From the IMG/VR virus record IMGVR_UViG_3300025913_000019: DNA of 64,000 bases. One strand, 5' to 3'. The position numbers and the translations under genes were made by a program. The stretch comes from a virus. Taxonomy: Duplodnaviria > Caudoviricetes. This document shows positions 1-8,600 of this stretch, in pieces. Under the pieces are notes generated by a model. The model worked only from the letters and a program-made list of their open reading frames with translations. It made no database searches and was not told where the DNA came from. Each line of letters starts with the position of its first letter. Within the stretch, counting starts at the first letter, position 1.

Positions 1-2268
1 CCAAAAAGAGTCGGCGAAGTTGATGCCGTACTTGCGGCATCCGTTGATGTAGTTGTGATGGACCTGGATGCCCAAGAACTTCGCGTTCGTGCCCGACGCA
101 GCCGAGTTGTAGAACTGGATGGCAGACCCGCCGGTCTGGAGCTCAGGGGCGTTCTCCAGCCGGTTGTAGGAGACCTCGACCTGTTGTGCGCATTGGTTGT
201 AGCCGCTGCCGTTGTTGCCGCCGTCGAAGTAGATCAGGTGGTTCTCGTTGGCGCTCGTGCTCGGGTTGTTCTTGTCGCACTCGATGTCGTGGATGTAGCA
301 GAACTTGACCTTGATGTTCGTGCCGTCACCCGCAACGCCACCAGCCTTGGCATTGCTCGGACTCACCAGGGTCGAGGGCCAGGGGCCCATCTCGCAGCCG
401 TAGACGCGAGTGTTGTTCGCCCCGTACTGGAAGTTGACCATGCCGGCGTCGCCACGGCTGGTCTCGTTGCAGGTCATCACCCAGTTGCTGACCGACCAGT
501 ACTGGCCATAGGTGCCGGCGTAGGCGCTGTTGACGCCCTGGATGCAACCGCCGCCGCCCGGAGGATCGTTGTAGTACACGGTCTCCGGCGCCTGTCCACC
601 GATGGGACCCGGGTACGCGTCGAAGGCGATGTAGCCGTGACCGACGGCTCCGGTCGGCGCCGATCCCGTATGCGAACGGAAGCGACAGAACCGGTTGTCG
701 AAGCCGACTTGATCCGACCAGGGCGTTCCGGTTTCGCGCGGAATGATCGTGTCACCCGCGCGAAGGCCTGCGTCGCCGCTGTCGGTGGTTGCATTCCACA
801 GCGAGTAGAAGCTGGACGAAGTGCCCGTCCAGTGCTGGACGTAGCGGTGCGGCTTCGACATGTCATCGGGCTTGCCCGTTGCGTCGTTGCCGATCACGTT
901 GTCGACGTACCAGAAGCGACCCGGGTTCGGCGTGAACTGGCCGACCAGGATGTTCGAGTCGACGCCGTTGACCACGAGCTTCCAGTCGCAGGCCGCACCG
1001 TCGACGATGGCACCACCGAAGTTCCCGACCTGGACACAGAGCTCCTGAACCTGGTGAGTCGCGAACACCTTCGACTGCGTGAGGTAGCGATAGTTCGCTA
1101 CCTCGTGCCACTGGTTGTCGCCCAGCGGATTGCGGCAGAAAGCGCGAACACCAGAGCTCAGACCCATGTGATCGGGCCGGCCGAAGCTGTAGCCGTAGAA
1201 GCGGATGAAGCCACCGAGCCCGTTGTAGTTGTTGACCATCGAGGTCGACAACTTGTCCGTGTCCAGCAGCACCGGCAACGTCTGGAACGCCGTCGGCTTG
1301 TCGCCTGCGGGGTACAGCGTATACGCGTTCCCGTCGGCCGAAGCCAGAGTCGTGTAGGTGTGGTCCTGGATGTTCGGAGCCACGAGGGCATCCGTGCTGG
1401 ACTTCAGTGCCGTCGAGACCGCAGGCATCGTCGACGTGCGGTTGCCCGTGTAGGCGACGAAGTTGCGGTAGTTGATGGCCGAGGTCGTGACCGTGGCGCT
1501 GATGGCACCGAGACGCAGCTCGTAGGCTCCGAAGTCCCCGGGCTCGCTCACGTTCACCTGCGAAGACTGCACCTGCGTGCCGTTGTCCCACAGGGTCATG
1601 ACCGGCGAGACACTCCGATCGGCGATGAAGCCGACCTGATGCTCTGCCGTGTCGATGAGATGCGAACCGTCGGACAGCTGCGAGTAGGTGGCGAAGCCGT
1701 TCGTCGTCGTGTAGGCCTCGATCGCATTCGGACTCGACTCGTAGTGCAGGACGGTCGCGTTGTTGCCGCTGCCGTTGAGGAACGCATCGTCACAACCGAC
1801 GATGGTGTTCGCGTCCTGGATGCGCCAGAAGTCGTAGTTCGTCATGAACGACAGCGCATTGGCGCCAACCATCGGCGCGTGCATGTAGTCGTCCACACCG
1901 TCGAAGTGCAGCTCGTTCAGGTAGAGCCCCTTGTCGACGATCTTCGGCTGCTTCGACGCCGTCGCCTGCACGATGTGGCGGCCGTTGCCCGACTGATCGT
2001 ACCAGGTCGTGACGTAGCCAGAACCCGAACCGACGAAGGTCATGAGGGCGCCGGTGTCGATGTTGCCTGCTGCGTCAGCACCGATGTCGAGTTCCGTGTT
2101 GTCCGAGTCGCGACGGACACGCATCAGTGGTGAGCCGAGGTACGACGAGACGAGGACGGTGAAGCTGCAGGCGATCGCCATACCAGTTGTGTAACTGTCG
2201 AGCGGCAGTCCACTGGGCGGCGGGGGCGGGGGCGGCGCACCCCCGGACTCGATGATGAAGAAGATCAT
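1..2268 (-). CDS. Tail spike / receptor-binding protein, 3' end runs off the window (LamG/concanavalin-like N-domain, Ig/FN3-like segment, parallel beta-helix)
   Basis: Absent from the ORF track because there is no stop in the window. Manual translation from ATG 2268 (ATGA overlap with the upstream stop) gives MIFFIIESGGAPPPPPPPSGLPLDSY...YVTTWYDQSGNGRHIVQ...GQFTPNPGRFWYVDNVIGND, the last part paralogous to the beta-helix of 5643..10319. Confidence 0.8.
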   Translation of the reverse strand, partial: MIFFIIESGGAPPPPPPPSGLPLDSYTTGMAIACSFTVLVSSYLGSPLMRVRRDSDNTELDIGADAAGNIDTGALMTFVGSGSGYVTTWYDQSGNGRHIVQATASKQPKIVDKGLYLNELHFDGVDDYMHAPMVGANALSFMTNYDFWRIQDANTIVGCDDAFLNGSGNNATVLHYESSPNAIEAYTTTNGFATYSQLSDGSHLIDTAEHQVGFIADRSVSPVMTLWDNGTQVQSSQVNVSEPGDFGAYELRLGAISATVTTSAINYRNFVAYTGNRTSTMPAVSTALKSSTDALVAPNIQDHTYTTLASADGNAYTLYPAGDKPTAFQTLPVLLDTDKLSTSMVNNYNGLGGFIRFYGYSFGRPDHMGLSSGVRAFCRNPLGDNQWHEVANYRYLTQSKVFATHQVQELCVQVGNFGGAIVDGAACDWKLVVNGVDSNILVGQFTPNPGRFWYVDNVIGNDATGKPDDMSKPHRYVQHWTGTSSSFYSLWNATTDSGDAGLRAGDTIIPRETGTPWSDQVGFDNRFCRFRSHTGSAPTGAVGHGYIAFDAYPGPIGGQAPETVYYNDPPGGGGCIQGVNSAYAGTYGQYWSVSNWVMTCNETSRGDAGMVNFQYGANNTRVYGCEMGPWPSTLVSPSNAKAGGVAGDGTNIKVKFCYIHDIECDKNNPSTSANENHLIYFDGGNNGSGYNQCAQQVEVSYNRLENAPELQTGGSAIQFYNSAASGTNAKFLGIQVHHNYINGCRKYGINFADSFW

Positions 2269-5200
2269 GCTGCACGCAGGATGGTCATGATGAAGGAGAT
2301 GTCAACACAGCTCGAGTTCGAGGTCACGGTCATCGTGATCGTGTCGCCCTTCTTGAACGTGTTGCCCGACGTGTGCGACTGCGTGTTCGCAGCCGTCGTG
2401 ACCGAGTTCGCGGTACCTCCGATTTGCGTTCCGTTGATTGCGAAGGCCAGTGTGCAGGAGCCCGATGCGCACTTGGTCAGCGTCTGCGTGATGATGCCGT
2501 CGTACTGGGCACTGAGCACCAGCGTCAGCGTCTCGTTCGCGACCGTGCGATAGATCCCAGGCCACTCCTCGACCTGCAGCATCGGACCATTCGGCTGATT
2601 CGCGCAGAGGAGCGCGGCCGTCGAGGTCAGGTACTTCTGCGCGCCGAATGTGCCGGTCGTGTTCCACCACTCGTTGAGGCTGTTCGCTCCCTGCTCGAGG
2701 CTGTAGGAGTGCATCTCCAGGTACTTGGCCCTCGCCTTCGCGGGATCGATCTTGGCGATGGCATCGATGACCCATGGCATCGGCGTCGGCCAGAAGCCAC
2801 CGTTCTGGTACGTGCCGTAGGCCGTGGTGATGAAGTACGTCTGGTAGCAGGCGACACCCGGGTTGTAGTCCGTCGCCTTGTCGATCGAACGGATGCCACC
2901 ACGGAAGTAGTTGTCCGTCGTCGATGTCAGCGCGTAGTACAGGTAGTTCCCGATGGCGCGTGCGTCAGCTTCGCTCACGATGTCGCACCACACCAGATAC
3001 GGCGTGGACCACAGGTCGATCTGGTTCGCGCCCTTGGTCGTCGCCAGATAACCGTAGGCCATCTCGCGCGCGTTGTAGCCGGCGGCGAGTTCACCACCGG
3101 TAGCGGGGCGACGATGCACCAGGGTCGAGTTGATTCCGGCCTTGATCGTGTCGGCGACACCGAGCAGACGATTGGCTTCGCTGTAGTTGGCGAGCGCGTA
3201 CTCCATCTCGGCCAGCATCTGGTAGGCGCGGACTGCGAGAATGGATGGGAACAGGACCTTGCCGGTCAGCGTCACCGAGTCGTAGAAGCCGAAGCCGACG
3301 AACGGAGTCGAGTCGGAGATGGTGACCAGTCCGGTCGTGCCGTCGTAGGTGACACCGGTCTCGACCAGGCCCTTGAGCGCCACCTTGTTGGTCGAGTACG
3401 TCGCGGCCGAAGCTGCAGTCGAACCACCGGACACGTAGGCCAGCCACCACATCTGGATGAGGAAGAAGTTGCCGTCGACCGGAGCACGCGAACCCACGTC
3501 CGAGCTGGAACCCGGCTTCCAGTACACCGTGCCGTCGTGACCGATGTGGTCCGGCACCTCGCCGGTGCCCAGGTTCGACTTCGACAGCCAGTACGAGGCC
3601 ACGGCCTGGATCTCGGTCTGCGTGAAGTACTCGAGGTATCCCTCCATCGCCATCGCCTGATCGCGAGTCCAGGCCTTGCCGTAGAAGCCGCTGGCATCCG
3701 GTTCCCACACCTGGATTGCGCCGTCGGTGTTGGTCTTCCGTGCGCCTTCGTAGTTCGTATAGGCGAGTTGGCGTTGCGTCGCCGCAGGTTCGGGACGATA
3801 CGAGTTGATGCTCTTGCGCAGCGTCTTCTGGACCTGCGTCATGCGCTGGTTCAGGTTCGGGTACACGACTGGGATCGAGGTCCAGGTCGCAGGCTGACCA
3901 GGACCCGCAGAGGTTGCGACCTGACCCGCGGTGCCGACGGTGCCGTTCAGGCTCAGGGTACCGGTGGCCACGAAGTTGGCAGCCGTGATGGTCGTGAACG
4001 TGCCGGTCGAGGGCGTGGTGCCACCGATGGGGCCGGGGGCCGCAGGGTTGAAGCTGGAGCCCGAGCTCGGAGTCGCCCACACGATGTGACCGCCACCCGT
4101 GTTGGTCGGGACCTGGCCTGCAGTGCCGAGACCATTGGACAGTTGCAGCGGAGCCTCGATGTCCATCAACGTGTTGACGGTCAGGGTCGCGATCTCGGCT
4201 TGTGTCGCTTGCACGTCACCTGCGTAGACAGTCGTGAAGTGACCCGCAGCTGCTGTCGTGCCGCCGATGATGGCGCCGTTGATAGAGGTCGCAGTCACCG
4301 CACCCAGGGTCACGTTGCCGCTGAGGTTGACGTTGCCCGATGCCTGCAGCGTCGTGAACTTGCCGCTGCTGGGTGCGACGCTGCCGATGGGCGGCGGCGA
4401 AGCCATGAAGGCCGTGAAGGCGTTGCCACTGATCGTGTTGGTGACGCTCAGGGTCAGGAACGTCGCATCGTTCGGGAGCGGGGGCGCGACGCCACCTGTG
4501 GCCGAGTAGGGGACGTAGAACTTGACGACCGTGCCGTCAACCAGGGCGCGGGTCATCGGTGCGTTCAGCGTCAGGACCGTGTTGCCCGAGCCGTCGGCCG
4601 AGACCGCGGTGACGTAGCGACACACCGCAGCGTTCTGGCCCGTGCCCACCTGCATGATGACGGTGTCGGAGCCGCCGTAGGTGACGGTCGCCCAGTCAGT
4701 GGGATCGACCGTGATCGCGGTAGTCGACGAGTGGAGAGTGGAGGTCGACAGCTGCTCGTTCCAGGCGTCGAAGTTCCACAGCCCCTGCCGATCGGTGTAG
4801 GCCAGGAACGGCTTGGCGCTCCCGACGGCCTGCACGATGTAGAGGTTGGGGTTCGAGTTCACCGAATACGGCAGACCTTCGGGGCCCGAGACCACGGACG
4901 CGCGGTTCGTGTTCGACTGCGCGACGTTGGCCCACATCTGGTAGTTGGCGCCCACCATCGGCAGGAACGCATCGATGACGATGGGGCCACCGGTGCCGGC
5001 AACTTCGTCCAGCGGCGACTTCGTGATCGTGTGCTCGAAGACCAGGACCGCGAACAGGGTCGTGTTGTAGTAGTAGCCGACCTCACCGAACGTGTACGGG
5101 CCGATGTCGGCTGCCAGCAGGATCGGATACAGGGCAGTGTTGCCGTCCTGGATTTCGGGAGCGCCTGGGACGCCGGTGTAGACGATCGAGCCTTGCAGCG

Positions 5201-5324
5201 CCGTCTGCCCACCGGTGGGGATGTAGTTGACGCCCGTCCCGAGCTTGAAGCTGGTGAGGACAATCGGCTCGACGGCCGACTGCATCAACGCCAGACCGGC
5301 ATCGGTGATCTGAATGGTGCTCAT
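2265..5324 (-). CDS. Tail fibre with N-terminal baseplate-anchor domain and (alpha/alpha)6 six-hairpin glycosidase-like domain
   Basis: N-terminus MSTIQITDAG shared with 5643..10319; Thr/Gly-rich shaft; GKAWTRDQ and YQNGGFWPTP motifs typical of six-hairpin glycosidases; small beta-rich C-domain. Confidence 0.8.
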   Translation of the reverse strand: MSTIQITDAGLALMQSAVEPIVLTSFKLGTGVNYIPTGGQTALQGSIVYTGVPGAPEIQDGNTALYPILLAADIGPYTFGEVGYYYNTTLFAVLVFEHTITKSPLDEVAGTGGPIVIDAFLPMVGANYQMWANVAQSNTNRASVVSGPEGLPYSVNSNPNLYIVQAVGSAKPFLAYTDRQGLWNFDAWNEQLSTSTLHSSTTAITVDPTDWATVTYGGSDTVIMQVGTGQNAAVCRYVTAVSADGSGNTVLTLNAPMTRALVDGTVVKFYVPYSATGGVAPPLPNDATFLTLSVTNTISGNAFTAFMASPPPIGSVAPSSGKFTTLQASGNVNLSGNVTLGAVTATSINGAIIGGTTAAAGHFTTVYAGDVQATQAEIATLTVNTLMDIEAPLQLSNGLGTAGQVPTNTGGGHIVWATPSSGSSFNPAAPGPIGGTTPSTGTFTTITAANFVATGTLSLNGTVGTAGQVATSAGPGQPATWTSIPVVYPNLNQRMTQVQKTLRKSINSYRPEPAATQRQLAYTNYEGARKTNTDGAIQVWEPDASGFYGKAWTRDQAMAMEGYLEYFTQTEIQAVASYWLSKSNLGTGEVPDHIGHDGTVYWKPGSSSDVGSRAPVDGNFFLIQMWWLAYVSGGSTAASAATYSTNKVALKGLVETGVTYDGTTGLVTISDSTPFVGFGFYDSVTLTGKVLFPSILAVRAYQMLAEMEYALANYSEANRLLGVADTIKAGINSTLVHRRPATGGELAAGYNAREMAYGYLATTKGANQIDLWSTPYLVWCDIVSEADARAIGNYLYYALTSTTDNYFRGGIRSIDKATDYNPGVACYQTYFITTAYGTYQNGGFWPTPMPWVIDAIAKIDPAKARAKYLEMHSYSLEQGANSLNEWWNTTGTFGAQKYLTSTAALLCANQPNGPMLQVEEWPGIYRTVANETLTLVLSAQYDGIITQTLTKCASGSCTLAFAINGTQIGGTANSVTTAANTQSHTSGNTFKKGDTITMTVTSNSSCVDISFIMTILRAA

Positions 5325-5344
5325 CTTGAGTCCTAGAATGGTGG

Positions 5345-5376
5345 AAGGGCTGACATCAAATTGAATGCCAGCCCTT
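5345..5376 (-). promoter_or_regulatory. Hairpin enclosing a candidate late-promoter box (CAATTTGATG at 5354-5363, minus strand)
   Basis: AAGGGCTG...CAGCCCTT inverted repeat about 20 nt upstream of the fibre ATG. Confidence 0.45.
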
Positions 5377-5380
5377 GATT

Positions 5381-5641
5381 TCAGGTCGAGTGGAGGTTGC
5401 GAGCGACACCGTCACGGATGAAGGCGTGCGCCACTTTGTAGAAGGTCTTGCCCTCTGCGTTCACGATCTTGACCTCCAGGTCGCAACCGTTCTCTTCGTC
5501 AGGAAGGTGGGACTCTTGCACGACTTTGTAGACGTTGTCGGGCCCACCCGGCAGCCCGACCTCGGCTTCAAAGCCGGGCTTGATGACGAGGTGCGAACCG
5601 ACGGGGAAGAAGAACCTGTTCTTCGAGAAGTCCATGGCCAT
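5381..5641 (-). CDS. Hypothetical protein (86 aa) between tail fibre genes
   Basis: Fills the gap between fibre genes; ATG 1 nt after the upstream stop. Confidence 0.7.
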   Translation of the reverse strand: MAMDFSKNRFFFPVGSHLVIKPGFEAEVGLPGGPDNVYKVVQESHLPDEENGCDLEVKIVNAEGKTFYKVAHAFIRDGVARNLHST

Positions 5642-5642
5642 G

Positions 5643-8600
5643 TTAGGCCCCCTTGATGATGAGAGATTGAGCCGTCCAACCGACAGAGGCCGAAGCCGTG
5701 CAGCTGAAGTTCAGGGTCTCGATTGTCGATGCCTTGTTGGCGAACAGCGCCAGCGTGGAGAAGGCGCTGCTGATGATGCCAACCTGGACCCAGCCCGCAG
5801 GCAGACCGCTGAACGTGACGCCTGTACCCTCGACCGTGACCTGCACCAGCTCCAAGTCCGTCGCCTTCGTGTTCGGCGTCGAGCCAACGAGAGCGATGGC
5901 CGTGCCGTGAGAACTCGAGGTCGCACTCGACTGCGGCACGTCGACCAACGTGGTGACATCCACACCCGTGATCTCGACGAAGATCAACGCACCCGAAGCG
6001 ATAGCCGCAGGGTTGTAGGTCGTCGTGTAGGTCGTCTGGTCAGCCGTGAGCCTGACCGCGAAGAACTGCGAGTTCGGGTTGTTCGAGTCCGGCACCGGCG
6101 CCCGCGCGTACATGGTGTACGTACCGGTCGAGCCCGATCCAAAGCCCGCGTAGACGTTGCCTTGGGTGTCGGTGATGCGACCGTTGTCCGGTGCGTTGTC
6201 CCACGACTGCGCGACACAGACGATGGCGTTGCCGGAACTCACTGGGTTCGGCATCGAGATCGTGTTGTTCGTGTTCGAGGTCGGAACCGCGGTCGCAACT
6301 TGACCCGAGACCAGAGTCGGATTGGCCACACCCGCAATCACGGTAGCGGTCTGACCCGAGCGCACGATGCCGTTGCCGGTCGTCGTGTTCACGGCCTGAA
6401 CTTCGCACAGCAGCGTGTTCTGGTAGTCGCCGTTCGTGCACGTGTAGGTCGTGCTCGATGTCGGGGACCCGAGTGCAGTCGCGACGCCAGAGACAACACG
6501 ATACCACTGGTACAGGAAGCCACCAGTGATGGACCCACTCCACGTGCCCGGGTTGCAGGTCAGGACGTTGCCGACCTGAGCTGTGCCCGAGATAGTGGGC
6601 AGGCTCGTGTTGACGGGACCGCCAACGCCCATGGCGATCGTGCCGATGACTCGCGTGAACTGGCTGGAGCCACTTCCGTTTGTCGCTGTCACGACCTCCT
6701 TCAGCACGTAGCGCACATCCGCAGCCACAGGGGTGTAGCTGCTGGTGCCGCTCGAGTTGAAAAACGAGGCCTTGATGACATCGTTGACCGTCCAGTCGGT
6801 GCGGTACGAAGTCGGGCTGTTGCCCCAGGTACCGAGACCACCCGATGTCGAGACTCCGACCTGCGGGCCACCTGAGAACGCAGGTGCCGTGATGTTGAAC
6901 GGGGTAGAGACCGCGCGCTCGAGAGCGCCACAGTCAGGAGCACCTCCGTACAGGCGGGTGTTCATGGCCGTGAAGTCGTCCACCACGTTCAGCAGCGAAC
7001 CCAGCGGGTACGTGCCCGCGTTCAGCGCTGGGCTGGAGGCTTGCAGACTGAAGTCCGCGGTGCTGACGTTCGTGAACAGCGGATCGCCGTAGATGCCCAT
7101 CGTCTCGGTCGAGTCGTTGGGAATCGTGCGACCAGCCGCCCAGTAGACGTTGCGCTTCAGGTCGTAGCCATCGGAGCCTGTGCTGTCACTGGATGCGACG
7201 AACCAGTGCATCGCGTTGGTCGTCGTCTGTGGACCGCAGGCGAAGATGTTGTTGTAGGCTCGGATGACGTGACCGGGCGCGCTCTGGTTGCCTTCGTTGC
7301 GGAGGAAGCCGTTGCCCGTGCCTGCCTGGTCGACCTGCACGCAGTTGTAGCACGTGTTGAAGGCGTAGAGACCGCTCGATGTCGTCGTGTTGGTGTTGAG
7401 ACGCAGCGGTGCCAGCCCCGTGTTGAGGATGATGTTGTTCCAGACCAGGAAGTCGAGCTGACCACCGTTGCCGGTGTTGATGTCGGCGAAGAGGATGCCG
7501 TACTTCGCGCTCGTGTCCAGCCAGTTGTGGTGGATCTTGATGTTGGTGAAGCCGGTCCACACACCGTAGGGCGTCTGGAAGATGTTGGTGCCGCCGTCCG
7601 AGTCGTTGAACTGGATGTGCGAGCCACCGATGCAGTTGGTGATCCAGTTGAAGCAGATCTCCCAGCCGTAGCTGGTCGTGCCCGCGTAGATGCCGTGGTT
7701 CTGTAGTGCCGACGTTCCCTCGATGTCGTGCATCTTGTTGAACGCGATGTAGATGAAGTTGCCTTCACCCGTGATGCATGCCGCGTTCAGAACTGCGGAG
7801 CTACCCGCGACCCAGGGACCGAGGTTGCAACCCGTGATGCGCCAGCGCTCCGAGTTGTACTGCATGTTGATCGGGCCAGCATCGCGCCGCGATCCACCTT
7901 GAACCTCCATGTTGAGGTTCGACACCGCCACCCAGTCACCGCACGTGCCAGTGAAGGCAGAGCCCGGACCTTGGAGACCACCCGCCAGATCGTTGCCGGT
8001 CGTGATGTAGTGGATGTACTGGCCGGGGTAACCCTTGAAGGTCATCCAGCCGGTACCAGCTTGGCCGGTCGGGGCCTTGCCCTGTTGTTGCGGGTCACGG
8101 AAGCGGAACCACGTCGAGTTGTACCCGATGTCGGTCCACGGCTGGCCGTCCGAGTCCATGATGATGACGGTGTCACCAGCCAGGAGTTCGGTGTAGACCG
8201 AGCGCTGCGTCCGTGTCGGATACTGGAGCATTCGGAACGGATGCGTGATGTCGCCGACGACCGCAGTCGTGTCGTTGCCCGCGTGCGAGACGTAGAGGAA
8301 GCGACCCGGGTTCGGCGTGAACGTGAAGTCCTGGTTCGAGTCCTGGCCGCCGTAGGTGACCTTGATGTGGAGGGCTTCACCCTGAACCGGAGACCCGAGA
8401 GCGCCGACGCGCACGTCGATGCGTTGCAGGCCGCTGAACTTCGGAGCCAGCTGATCGTCCACCATCTGGATGTAGTGAACGACTTCGACGCCACCGATGA
8501 AGACCTTGGTGTTGGTGCCGATGCCCGAGTTGGGGCCGAAACGACGACCGTAAATCGTCAGGTACATGCCCTGGTTGTTCTCACCGCCGGTCGTCGGACC

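Noticed and set aside
2214-2245. G-rich run as a G-quadruplex or repeat element
   Set aside because: Fully explained by poly-proline codons (CCG/CCC) on the minus strand
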